The position numbers and the translations under genes were made by a program. Of a DNA stretch of 64,000 nucleotides, positions 42,596 through 57,454 are shown one piece after another. A model generated the notes under the pieces. It had not been told where the DNA came from. It did not search any database and worked only from the letters and a program-made list of their open reading frames with translations. Within the stretch, counting starts at the first letter, position 1. Each line of letters starts with the position of its first letter. The stretch is taken from the NCBI RefSeq assembly GCF_009914755.1, contig NC_060927.1, one strand, 5' to 3'. Source of the DNA: the human T2T-CHM13v2.0 reference genome, Homo sapiens.

Positions 42596-45500
42596 AAAAA
42601 AAAATTTCCGTAGGTTATTGGAGTACAGGTGGTGTTTGGTTACATGAGAAAGTTCTTCAGTGGTGATTTGTGAGATTTTGGTGCACCCATCACCTGAGCA
42701 GTATACATGGCATCCTATTTGTAGCCTTTTATCTCTTGTCCCCTCCCACCTTTACCCACAAGTCCCCAAAGTCCGTTGTATCATTCTTATGCTTTTGTGT
42801 CCTCATAGCTTAGCTCCCACTTAGGAATGACCACCCCCCCCCCGACCCAAGTCCCCAAAGTCCATTGCATCATTCTTATGCTTTTGCATCCTCATGGCTT
42901 AGCTCCCACTTATGAGTGAGAACATACAATGTTTGGTTTTCCATTCCTGAGTTACTTCGCGTAGAATAATAGTCTCCAGTCTCATCTAGGTCACTACGAA
43001 TGCTGTTAATTCATTCCTTTTTTATGGCTGAGTAGTATTCCATCATATATATTTAGCACAGTTTCTTTTTTTTTTAATTATACTTTAAGTTTTAGGGTAC
43101 ATGTGCACAACATGCAGGTTAGTTACATATGTATACATGTTCCATGTGGGTGTGCTGCACCCATTAACTTGTCATTTAACATTAGGTATATCTCCTAATG
43201 CTATCCCTCCCCACTCCCCCCACACCACAACAGGCCCTGGTGTGTGATGTTCCCCTTCCTGTGTCCATGTGTTCTCATTGTTCAATTCCCACCTATGAGT
43301 GAGAACATGCGGTGTTTGGTTTTTTGTCCTTGCGATAGTTTGCTGCGAATGATGGTTTCCAGCTTCATCCATGTCCCTACAAAGGACATGAACTCATCAT
43401 TTTTTATGGCTGCATAGTATTCCATGGTGTGTATGTGCCATATTTTCTTAACCCAGTCTATCATTGTTGGACATTTGGGTTGGTTCCAAGTCTTTGCTAT
43501 TGTGAATAGTGCTGCAATAAACATACATGTATTTAGCACAGTTTCTTTGTCCACTCGTTGATGGGCATTTGGGCTGGTTCCATATCTTTGCAATTGTGAA
43601 TTGTGCTGCTTTAAACATGCATGTGTGAGAATCTTTTTCATATAATGACTTCTTTTCCTTGGGGTAGATATCCAGTAGTGGGATTGCTGGATCAAATGGT
43701 AGTTCTACTTTTAGTTATTTAAGGAATCTCCACACTATTTTTCATAGTGGCTGTACTAGTTTACATTCCCACCAGCAGTGTAGAAGTGTTCCCTGATCAC
43801 CGCATCCACGCCAACATCTACCATTTTTTAATTTTTTGATTATGGCCATTATTGCAGGAGTAAAGTGGTGTTGCACTGTGGTTTTGATTTGCATTTCCCT
43901 GATCATTAGTGATGCTGAGCATTTTTTCATATGTTTATTGGCCATTTATATATTTCTTTTGAGAATTGTCTATTCATGTCCTTAGCCCACTTTTTGATGG
44001 GGTTTTTTTTTCTTGCTGATTTGTTTGAGTTTGTTGTAGATTCTGGATGTTAGTCCTTTGTCAGATGTATAGATTGTGAAGACTTTTTCCCACTCTGTGG
44101 GCTGTCTGTTTACTCTGCTGACTGTTTCTTTTGCTGTGCAAAGTTCTTTAGTTTAATTAAGTCCCAGCTATTTATCTTTGTTTTCATTGCATTTGCTTTT
44201 GGGTTCTTGGTCATGAAATCTTTGCCTAAGCCAATGTCTAGAAGGGTTTTTCCAATGTTATCTTCCAGGATTTTTATAGTTTCAGGTCTTGGATTTAAGT
44301 CCTTAATCCATCTTGAGTTGATTTTTGTGTAAAGTGACAGATGAGGATCCAGCTTCATTCTCCTATATGTGGTTAGCCAAATATCCCAGGATGATTTGTT
44401 GAAAAGGGTGTCCTTTCCTCACTTTATGTTTTTGTTTGCTTTGTTGAAGATCAGTTGGCTCTAAGTATTTTGGTTTATTTCTGGGTTCTCTTTTGTGTTC
44501 CATTGGTCTATGTGCCTATTTTTATAACAGTACCATGCTGTTTTGGTGACTGTAACCTTATAGTATAGTTTGAAATCAGGTCGTATGATGCCTCCAGATT
44601 TGTTCTTTTTGCTTAGTCTTGCTTTGGGTATGTGGGCTCTTTTTTGGATCCATATGAATTTTAGAATTGTTTTTTCTAATTCTGTGAAGAATGTTGGAGG
44701 TATTTTGATGAGGATTGTGTTAAATTTGTAGATTGCCTTTGGCAATATGGTCATTTTGACAATATTGATTCTTCCCATCCATGAGCATGGGATGTGTTTC
44801 CATTTGTTTGTGTCATCTGTGATTTCTTTCAGCAGTGTTCTGTTGTTTTCCTTGTAGAGGTCTTTCACCTCCTTGGTTATGTATACTCCTAAGTATTTTA
44901 TTTGATTTTTTGCAGCTATTGTAAAAGGGATTGAATTCTTGATTTGATTCTCCGCTTGGTTGCTGTTGGTGTAGAGAAGAGCTAACGATTTGTGTACACT
45001 AATCTTGTATCCAGAAACTTTGCTGAATTCTTTTATCAGTTCTAGAAGCTTTCTAGAGAAGTCTTCAGGGTTTTTGAGGTAAATAATTGTATCATCAGCA
45101 AACAGTGACAGTTTGACTTTTTCTTTACCAATTTGGATGCTTTTTATTTCTTTCTCTTGTCTGATTGCTCTGGCTAGAACTTCTAGTACTGTGTTGAAGA
45201 GGAGTGGTGAGAGTGGGCATCCTTGTCTTGTTCCAGTTCTCAGAGGGAATGCTTTCAATTTTTCCCCATTCACTATTATGTTGGCTGTGGGTTTGTCATA
45301 CATAGATGGCTTTTATTACATTGAGGTGTGTCCCTTGTATGCTGATTTTGCTGAGAGTTTTAATCATAAAGAGATGCTGGATTTTTTCGAATGCATTTTC
45401 TGCATCTATTGAGATGATTATGTGGTTTTTGTTTTTAATTCTGTTTATGTGGTGTATTACATTTATTGACTTGTGTATGTTAAACCATCCCTATGTCCCT

Positions 45501-48500
45501 GGTATGAAACCCACTTAATCACAGTGGATTATCTTTTTGATATGTTGTTGGATTCAGTTAGCTAGTATTTTGTTAAGAATTTTAGCATGTATGTTCATCA
45601 CGGATATTAATCTGTAGTTTTCTTATTTGGTTATGTCCTTTCTTGGCTTTGGTATTAGGGTGATGCCAGTTTCATAGAATGAATTAGGGAGGGTTCCACC
45701 TTTTCTATCTTGTGGAAGGAATAGTGTCAAAAGGATTGGTACCAATCCTTCTTTGAATGGCTGGTAGAATTCTGCTGTGAATCTGTCTGGTCCTGGGCTT
45801 TTTTGTTGTTGGTAATTTTTAAATTACCATTTCAATATTGCTGCTTGTTATTGGCCTGTTTAGGGTATCTAATTCTTCCTGATTTAAGCTAGGAGGGTTG
45901 TGTTTTTCCAGGAATTTATCCATTTCTTCTAGGTTTTCGAATTTACATGCATAAATGTGTTCATAGTAGCCTCAAATGATCTTTTGTATTTCTGTGATGT
46001 CAGTTGTAACATCTCTTGTTTCATTTCTCATTGAGGTTATTTGGATTATCTCTCTCCTTTTCATGGTTAATCTTGCTAATGGTCTATCAATTTTATTTAT
46101 CTTTTCAAAAAACTACTTTTTGTTTCATTTATCTTTTGTATTTTTTTTAAACTGTTGTTTCAATTTCATTTAATTCTGCTCTGATCTTGGTTATTTCCTT
46201 TCCTCTGCTGGGTTTGGGTTTAGTTTGTTCTTATTTCTCTAGTTCTTTGAGGCGTAACCTTAGAATGTCAGTTTATGCTCTTTTAGTCTTTCTGATGTAG
46301 GTATTTAGGGCTATGAACTTTCCTCTTAGCACTGCCTTTGCTGTATCCCAGAGGTTTTGATAGGTTGTGTCACCATTGTCCTTCAGTTTGAAACATTTTT
46401 TAATTTCTATCTTGATTTTGTTTTTGACCCAATGCTCATTCAGGACAGGTTATTTAATTTCCATGTATTTGCATGGTTTTGAGGGTTCCTTTTGGAGTTG
46501 ATTTTGTTTTATTCCACTGTGGTCTGAGAGAGTGCCTGATATAATTTCAATTTTCTTAAATTTATTGAGGCTCATTTTGTGGCCTGTCATATGGTCTATC
46601 TTGGAGAAAGTTCCGTGCACTGTTGAATAGAATGTGTATTCTGCAGTTGTTGGATGGAATCTTCTGTATATATTTATTAAGTCCATTTGCTCCAAGTGAA
46701 TAGTTTAAATCCATTGTTTCTTTGTTGACTTTCTGTCTTGATGACCTGTCTAGTGCTGTCAGTGGACTATTGAAGTCCCACAATATTATTGTGTTGCTCT
46801 CTGTCTCATATTTTAGGTCTATTAGTAATTGTTTTATAAATTTGGAAGCTCCAGTGTTAGGTGCATATATATTTAGGATTGTGATATTTTTCTGTTGGAC
46901 AAGGCCTTTTACCATTATATAATATCCGTCTTTGTCTTTTTAAAGTTTGTTTTGTCTGATATAAGAATAGCTAACCCTGCTTGCTTTTGGTGTCAATTTG
47001 CATGAAATGCCTTTTTCCACCCTTTAAGTTTTAGTTATATGAGTCTGTCTGTGTTAGGTGAGTCTCTTGAAGGCAGCAGATAGTTGGTTGTTGAGTTCTT
47101 ATCCATTCTGCAGTTCTGTATCTTTTAAGTGGAGCATTTAGACCATTTACATTCAATGTTAGTATTGAGATGTGAGGTACCATTCCATTTATCATGCTAT
47201 TTGTTGCCTGTGTACCTTGTTGTTTTTGCTTTTTAAATTGTACTTTTGTTTTATAGGTTCTGTGAGATTTATGGTTTAAAGAGGTTCTGTTTTGATATGT
47301 TTCCAGCATTTGTTTCAAGATTTAGAGCTCCTTTTAGCAGTTCTTGTAGTGGTGGCTTGGTAGTGGCAAATTCTCTCAGCATTTGTTTGTCTGAAAAAGA
47401 CTATATATTTCCTTAGCATATGATGCTTAGTTTTACTGGATACAAAATTCTTGGGTGATAATTGTTTTGCTTGAGGAGGCTAAAGATAGGGTCCCAGTCC
47501 CTTCTAGCTTGTAGGGTTTCTGCTGAGAAATCTGCTGTTAATCTGACAGGTTTTCCTTTATAGCTTACCTGGTGCTTTTGTCTCACAGCTCTTGAGATTC
47601 TTTCCTTTGTCTTAACTTTAGATAACCTGATGGCAATGTGCCTAGGCAATGATCTTTTTGCAATGAATTTCCCAGGTGTTCTTTGAGCTGCTTGTAGTTG
47701 GATGTCTAGGTCTCTAGCAAGGCTGGGAATGTTTTCCTCAATTATTTCCCCAAATATGTTTTCCAAATGTTTAGATTCCTCTTCTTCCTCAGGAACACCA
47801 ATTATTCTCAGGTTTTGTTGTTTAACAAAATCCCAAACTTCTTGGAGGCTTTGTTCATGTTTTCTTATTCCTTTTTCTTTGTCTTTGTTGGATTGGGTTA
47901 ATTCAAAGACCTTGTCTTCAAGCTCTGAATTTCTTCTACTTGTTCAGTTCTACTGCTGAGAGTTTCCAGAGCATTTTGCATTTCTATAAGTGTGTCCAAT
48001 GTTTCCTGAAGTTTTGATTGTTTTTTCTTTATGCTGTGTATTTCCTCAAATATTTCTCCCTTCACTTCTTGTATCATTTTTTGGATTTCCTTGCACTGGG
48101 CCTCGCCTTTCTCTGGTGCCTCTTGGATTAGCATAATAACTAACCTCCTGAATTCTTTTTCAGGTAAATCAGGGATTTCTTCTCGGTTTGGATCCATTGA
48201 GCTAGTGTGATTTTTTCTGGAGGTGTTAAAGGACCTTATTTTGTCATATTACCAGAGTTGGTTTTCTGGTTTCTTCTCATTTGAGTAGGCTCTGTCAGAG
48301 GGAAAGGGCTGAAGGCTGTTATTCAGATTCTTTTGTCCCACAGTGTGTTCCCTTGATGTAGTACTCTCCCCCTTTTCCTGTGGATGTGGCTTCCTGAGAG
48401 CCAGGCTGCAGTGATTGTTACCTCTCTTCTGGGTCTAGACACCCAGCAAGTCTACCAGGCTCTGGGCTGTTACTGGGGGTTGTCTGCACAGAGTCCTGTG

Positions 48501-49717
48501 ATGTGAACTGTCCATGAGTCTCTCAGCCGTGGATACCAGCACCTGTTCTGGTGGAGGTGGCAGGGGGGTGAAATGGACTCTGTGAGGGTTCTTAGCTTTG
48601 GTGGTTTAATGTTCTATTTTTGTGCTGGTTGGCCTACTGCCAGGAGGTGGTGCTTTCAAGAGAGCATCAGCTGTGGTAGTATGGAGAGGCACCAGCGTGG
48701 GGAAGGGGGTGCCTAGAACTCCCAAGAGTACATGCCCTTTGTCTTCAGCTACCAGAGTGGGTAGGGAAGGGCAATGAGGTGGGGGCAGGGCTAGGCATGT
48801 CTGAGCTCAGACCCTCCTTGGGCGTGTCTTGCTGTGGCTGCTGTGGGGGATGGGGGTGAGATTTTCAGGTTAATGGAGTTGTGTACCTAGGAGGATTATG
48901 GCTGCCTCTGCTGAGTCATGCAGGTTGTCAGGGAAGTGGGGGAGAGCTGGCAGTCACAGGCCTCACCTAGCTCCCATGCAATCTGAAGGGCCTGTCTCAC
49001 TCCCACCATCCCCCTCTAACAGCACGGAGTCAGTTTCCAGGCAGTGGGCAAGGAGGGCTAAGAACTTGCCCCAGGCTACCTGCCTCCCAGCTGAAAAGGG
49101 CTTTAGTTCTTCCCCTGCCTGTGGAGTCTGCATGCCAGATTCGCACCCTCCCCTGAGTTCTGGCCAGGAGGCTTCTGAACAAGTTCATATTGTTACAAAG
49201 TTCAGCTGGAGACTTCCTTCTCCCTGTGGCATTTTCCCAGTGCCTCTGGCTGCCCTCCTGAGGGATCCCTGTGGTGCCAGGCAGGAATTTCCTGCTTGGG
49301 GAACCCAGTGGGCTCCCAGAGCCTTTCTCGCAGCTTCCTCTACCCCTGTATTTCGCTCGGCTCTCTAAATTGACTCAGCTCCAGGTAAGGTCGGAATCTT
49401 CTCCCATAAGCTAGACCTTCAGTTTCCCCAGTAGTAGGGGTGTGTTCAGGGTCAGAGGATCCCACTGCAAGTGGGAGATCCCTTTCCCACTTCGGCAGTT
49501 TGGGCACTCACAGTATTTGGGGTGTCTCCCAGTTCCTGCAGGAGCAGGTCACTTCCTTCAGAGGGTCTGTGTGTCCTCTCGGGATTCCTGGTTTATTCCT
49601 GCAGTCATTCTGGAGCTAAAATTCATGATGCAAGCCTCCATCCGCTGCTCTGTCTGTCCAAGACAGAGCTGCGATCTAGCCCTGCCTCCCATCTGCCATG
49701 ATGATCGGGAACCAATC
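42596..49717 (-). mobile_element. Decayed full-length L1PB (L1PB1-like, L1PBa-type 5'UTR)
   Basis: 3' end taggttattggagtacaggtggtgtttggttacatgag; broken ORF2 pieces (e.g. 44461-45303 with [14 protein letters not shown]); ORF1 pieces 47413-48197; 5' end ATCATGGCAGATGGGAGGCAGG near 49700. Confidence 0.92.
43069..43529 (-). mobile_element. 5'-truncated L1PA4/L1PA5-type 3' fragment with 19-bp TSD
   Basis: TSD tatttagcacagtttcttt at 43050-43068 and 43530-43548; ccattaacttgtcatttaacattagg variant of the 3'UTR. Confidence 0.92.
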
Positions 49718-50035
49718 CAAACTGTTTTTCAAAGTGGCTATACCATTTTACATTCCAGCAATGTATGAAGATTTAATTCTCTACATCCTCACTAATACTT
49801 GTTAATATCTGTCTTTTTTTATTATAGCCTTCCCTGTAGGTATGAAGTGATATTGTGGTTTCAATTTGCATTTCCTTAGTTATTAATGATGTTGAGCATC
49901 TTTTCATGTGTTTACTGGGGCTGTTGGGATTATCTGTTCTATTTCTTTACCCATTTTTAAATTGGTTTGTTTTTTTATTGTTGTTGTAAGTGTTCTTTAT
50001 ATATTCTGGATACTATTGTCTTGTCAGATATATGA

Positions 50036-50506
<471 letters not shown>

Positions 50507-51332
50507 AAAAGTTTTTAATTTTGATGAAACCCAGTTTACCTATTATTCCTTTGTGTTGCTTGTGTTTTGGTGTCATATCTAAGAAGCCGCATTACCTGAT
50601 CCAAGGTCACAAATATTTATGCTTATGATTTTTAAATTTTTTTTATAGTTTTAGCTTTTTTCATTTAGCTCTTTTATCCATTTTGAGTTAATTTTTGTAT
50701 TGCGCTCTCTTAAGTAATCAATTCAATTAAAAACAAAACAAAACCTCTGAGTTGGGTCAAATCAAATAGGCACATGGGTCACCAGTTTTGCAAGTTCTGA
50801 GCAGGGGATTTCATAGTGCTCTCTGCTACTCTTCTGTCAGGCTTACAGTCTTTTTTGAGTTATTGGGGAGTAACCCAGGCCCCAAGGAAGACAGTTTGGA
50901 ACAAGACTTACCGTAGTAGTAGGTACTGATGGGAGCTGTCCTAGGGCAGGCAAATATGCTGGCTCCCCTGATGAGAAAGGCCATATGAAGATGAATGTGC
51001 TTGCAAGCCGGCTTCACAGCTGGGTGAGGCCTTACCAGGTGGGATTGAAACTGATCCCAGGTTCTGGGGGTTTCAGGCCTGGCATGCTCACCTATACATA
51101 TCCTTCCAGAGCCCAAGTGCTGCCCTGGTTTCTGGAGATCTGGATCCCCTTGCTAGTTTACTATAACCAGCTTTGTGATCACAGGCCACTCACTGAACCA
51201 CTTTGAGCTTTCAGTACTTGCTCTGAAGCTTGACATCAATAACCTTGTGTTCAAATTTTGATGATCACTTGAGTCCCACCAATACATGATTAAAAAAAAA
51301 AGCTAGAATGGTTTGATTATGGCAGCATCAAG

Positions 51333-51530
51333 TAGTGTTTCCCCAAATGTTTGCCATTGAAATGAGAGAAAATGTACTTGTTTGGTCAAATAACTGACAC
51401 TCACTAAATCAAATACAAACAGATGTCTTTACTGCAGGACTTTTCAGAGCCTTTCTGGGAACACATAGCCTGAATCTATAGAAGGGGGATGTGCTATGCA
51501 GCTTCCACAGTGTTTAACTGTGGAAGAGTT
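51333..51530. mobile_element. MER103C-like hAT-Charlie remnant
   Basis: agtgtttccccaa...tggtcaaataa...tctttactgcaggacttttcagagccttt...gaaggggatgtgctatgcagc. Confidence 0.7.
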
Positions 51531-53129
51531 ATTGTAAAAATTGAATTCTTTCCATTTCAAACACTGCAAATGAAACCACCATCATGGAATGGAGCTGGAC
51601 TTTCATCTGTGTGTGATGTTGTGTGGGTCACAATCCACGTTATCCAACCTGATACACAGAGTTATGCCTCCTAGAGCTTCACGCTCTGTTGCTGCCTAAA
51701 AAAGTCCATAAAGTTGGCCTAGGTTATGGAGAGGGACTCTGGTCCTGTAAGGCTTTCCAGTCTTCACTCCAGGTGGGTCTGACATTCAGGGCTGCCTGCA
51801 TTCCTCTGTTGGGCAGCAATGAAACTCTATGAAACCCTAGAGTTTACTTGACCTGCTTTAGACCATTGGGGCTTGATCATGTCAGAGGTAGAAAGCCAGG
51901 GTGCCTCTAGACTTACGCACCAGCATTACTTGGAGTACTGACCACTATAAACTGGCCAGAACTGTGAAACTGAGCGCTGGTGTTTGGGAATGAGTCCCAG
52001 GTTCAAGGAAGTAAGAAAGGGACTTGCAAGGCCACTGTGCAAAATGACCTTTCTTTTTTCATCAGTTCAGGGCATTTGCTTATTATTATGAGGAGTTTGG
52101 GATGGGGTAGGTAATAATCATAATGAAGGAAAAAATAATACACAGTAACAATTTAATTAATTTATACTTCATTAATAATTTTATAATGTATCCTTTTTGC
52201 ATTCTATTTAACTTCTAGGTTTTAGACATTTTAAGACAAATGTTTCATTGTTTTGCATTCCTAAAGTTAAGTGTTGAGAGTTATGTGATGGATGGTAGGG
52301 TCAGAATGAGTATCGGGCATAGGAGAGAAAGCTCTGTAACTGCAACAAGTAGATGCAAAGGGAGATCAGATCATAAGCTCTTATTCTGCACATAGTAAAA
52401 AATGATGTGCATGGTCAAGTGTTCATTATACTACAGCGTCACTCTGGCCAGGGAGGGTCAGATGGGTGGTCTCTCTGGTCTGTGTTCCTCCTCCTCAACC
52501 TGGAAGCTTTTATGGAATGAGCAAACTATCCTCAAATACTGTCCCCCTCAAGGACTAAGGAGATCCATCCAGCCAGTCTTCCTTTGCTGATCTGATTTCA
52601 CTCTGCTATGGCACAAGGCTTTTAAACTTTCAACAATGTAGAAGGCTTTGCTGGTAGAACCACTAAGGAGACCCAGGTTCCACACACTGATTTCCTTTGT
52701 GCTGGGATGCAAAGGTGAAACCATACAATCTCTACTCCTGGGAATATCAGGGGAGACTGGACCCAGGTAATTTTAAGTTTAGGCTGAGAGCAGTAAGATC
52801 TCAGAAAAAGACAGGTACAGATTTGGGAGCTCAAAGGAGGCAAAGATCATTTCCAGCTAATGTGAGAGGTAGAAAGTCTCTGTAAGACAAAAACAAACGT
52901 AGGAGTTGAATATGCTGCACTGGGGAAAGGATTTAGGTGGCTTCTTCTGAGAGCTCCTGAAGGCAAGCTGCAGTTATGTGATGAGATAAAGTGCTGGACT
53001 AGGATGTGTGAAGTCTTACATTGTGGGCCCTGGGGATAGAAAATTTAAAGCAATTTGACATTCTTTCTGCTCCAGCACCATTTCCTTTGAAGTTCTGGGG
53101 GACCTCCCCTTAGTGCTTTATTTTGATGA

Positions 53130-54340
<1,211 letters not shown>

Positions 54341-54423
54341 TTTCTTCTTGATCTGTTTTGCTTGATTTGAGTTGGCCCCTACATTTTCCAGTTGATCAGA
54401 GGGGGTACCCATTTATTCTAAGT

Positions 54424-56072
54424 CTCATCATGAGTTCATAGATTTAAACATACTTCATGCGTTTCAACCAAGTAAATATTTGTTTAATGAATGGGACATT
54501 GAATAAATGCAAGTTAAGAACTTTCTATAGGCTCTCAGGTTTTTTTTTTCTTTTCAGACTTTATAGTACCAGATTTTATATGAAAAATCATTGATGATTT
54601 TTTTCTAGGGTTAATTCTACTATTTGAGTATTTTCTTAGTACTCTGGGGTTTTATTGAATAAACAACATAGGCCCTGCTTTTATGGATACTTTTATCCAT
54701 CTGCTACTGAACACAACAGTTTTAATTAGATCTTGAATTATTTTATTATCAAAACCTGCTGTTGCATCCTCTGCACCTGTCACCTAGTAAGAGTTCACAA
54801 AAGTATTTTTAACATATTTATAATGGAAAATTTCAAGCACATGCAAAAGTAGAGAGAGTTGTATAGCAAACTCACTTTTACCCATCATTCAGCTTCAACA
54901 ATTGTCAAACCAAGACCAATCTGGCTTTAACTAATTCCTTATGTTGAAGCAAATTCAAGACATCCTATCATTTTATCAGTAAATATTTCAGAGCATATCT
55001 CTAAGAGATAAGAATTCTTCAGAGTAAATAACCGTAATACCATTATCACATCTAAGCAAATTTATAATAATCTCTGAATATCATCAAATATGCAGAGAGT
55101 GTTCAAAATTTCCTGAATGTCTCTGTCTTTCTCTCTTTTTTTTTAAGTTTATTTGAATCAGGCTAAGAAGTTCCTTAAACTGCAGTGGGTTTATTATCTC
55201 TTTTTAGTCTCTTTTAATCTATAGTTTTCCCCCTTTCTTTTTTTTTCTTGAAATCTGTTTGTTTAAGAAACCATGTTGTTTGTCCTATGGAGCGTTCCAT
55301 AGTCTGAGTTTGCTCGTTGCATTCCAGTGGTGGTGTTTAGCGTGTTCCTCTGTCCTCTGCAATTTCTGTAAATGGGAAGTAAAAAAGTTTGATAAGATTC
55401 AGGCTTATTTATTTGGAAAGAATACTTCAACTTCATATTCATCCATGGAGGCACATCTTGTCTGATTCTTCTCTCTGTGATGTTGATGTTAGGGATGTTG
55501 ATTCTCATTGTCCAGATCCAGTCTTTCATTAGGGTTTGCAAAATGTTACTATTCCAATTCTATCATTCTTTCTGCATATATTAACTGAAATATTTTATAA
55601 GAAGAAAATTGCCCTTATTTAGTTATGGTTTGTATAAGAAAGGCATATAAATGCTTGATTCTCTGTCTTGATCAGTTTTCAAAATAATGAGTTGTTCTCT
55701 ACATTCTCCAATTGATCAGTGGAGTGTTTAAATATCATCATGAGCTCATAGATTTAAACATACTTGATGCATTTCAATCAATGGATATTTGTTGAATGAA
55801 TGAGAAATTGAATAAATGCAAGTTTAGAATTGTCTCTAGGCTTTCAGGTTTTTTTTTCCTCCACTCCAGACTTTGTAGTCCCAGATTTTATAAGGAAAAA
55901 TGTTGTATGATTTTGTTCTAGGGTTAATTCTACTGCTTGATATGTCCTTAGTACCCTAGGACTTTTACTGAATGAACAACATAAGCCTTGCTTTTATGGA
56001 TACATTTATCCATCTGCTACTAAACACACCATTTTCAGTTAGATCTTAAATATGTTATCGAAACCTGCTGAT
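54424..56072 (+). repeat. Old ~340-bp direct duplication (54424-54765 and 55735-56072)
   Basis: Both copies run tcatcatgag.tcatagatttaaacatactt ... ttgaataaatgcaagtt ... ctagggttaattctact ... gcttttatggatac ... aaacctgctg; roughly 80% identical by eye. Confidence 0.9.
54805..55790 (-). mobile_element. L1MC-type 3' region
   Basis: taatggaaaatttcaagcacatgcaaaagtagagag...aaatatttcag...tttgtcctatggag...gaaaggcatataaatgcttgattc. Confidence 0.75.
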
Positions 56073-57454
56073 GTGTTTCCCACCTGGGAAGGTGTTGGTC
56101 ACTGATCCACAGGCAATTGCACTTACCTAGTCTTAGCCCCAGCTTCTATACTGTGGCTTTGGGCCATCCCCTCCCCTCTGGGCCTCAGTTTCCCCATATG
56201 AACATGTAGGGGTGGCACTATGTCATTATGAAGGCTGTTTCCAATCCTTACATTTTGGGGAGCTCTCCTTCTTCCATACTGCATGTGACCTCTAAGTAAA
56301 GGCCATGTAAGCAGCATCAGAGGGGGCAAGCAGAGTATCAGGGTGGTGGGGTGGAAATGAGGAGTGAGACCCACAGGCCAGGGTGAGAGCCTACCATGCA
56401 CAATCCAACAAGCAGCTCAAAAGGACCCCTCGCTGTAATACACCTATCATTGCCTGTGTGGTTTTTCTTTAATAACTTTCTGGAGTTTGGTGGGAGCAGG
56501 AGGTGCCAACCAGGTTAGGAAAGATTTCTGGGATTCTCTGGTAGTATCCAAAGGAGGAAAGACTAGGTGCTGGATACAAGAAGCAGTTTCAAAGTATGAG
56601 CCTTTAAGCAGGTTGATTGGATATCTGAACTATCCCCAACCAGCCCTGGGCTTCCTTTTCAGTCATCTCTACCACCTGTCAATGTTGCACTTTCTGGAGG
56701 CTGAAACAACCTTGCCAGCTGCCCTGCCCATCTGAGAATTCAGACATCTAGAGTGCCAGAGTCTGCTGGCATCTCCCTTTTGTCAACTGCAGGGTTAGAT
56801 TGCCTGGGAATCGATAGCCAGAATCCATGAGCCATCTGATGAGTAGACCTGCTGCTGAGCTGTTGTCTGCATATCACCCTCCAATTACAGGGCCCCCATT
56901 TCCCCGTCTGTTTCATCATGCAACCCAAGCACCCAGGTAGAAGGCCTTTTGACCTGTTGCTCCCATGGACCTGCTGAGGTATCTTAAGATGATGAAATGT
57001 CTCTTTCTTCTGCCTCCCACACTAGCTGCCAACAGCTAGGAGCTGATGGGCTTTGTGCTTCTTCAGGAATAAGGGCTTGGCTGATGATAGGGTGTGGTGG
57101 CTTATATGGCATCATCCACAGCTCTTCTCAGTCCCTAGGTGGTAGAAAGAAAGAAGCAGCTGGCAGGAGGCTACTATCCTGCCTCCACTCCATCAGACTC
57201 ACAGTTCTTCTTAATCACTGCCATTGCTAATTCTTACTGAGTGTGGACAGTGGACAGGCCACTCTATGAAGGAGGAGAGATGCTCTTTACCTGCAAGGGG
57301 CTTGCCTGATGGAGAGTCCCAGAAAATGTCTTGGCACCTGTAGGTAACGTTAGCCCTTTCTCCTATTTGAGGCAGTTGGGGATGGATGAGTAGATGGTCA
57401 GTCACATCAGTGGTTGGAAACCATCCCAAGAGATGGCTTCCTGGTGTTTATTTG

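Noticed and set aside
44461-45303. 280-aa RT-containing ORF as a functional gene
   Set aside because: Fragment of the frameshifted, stop-riddled L1PB ORF2.
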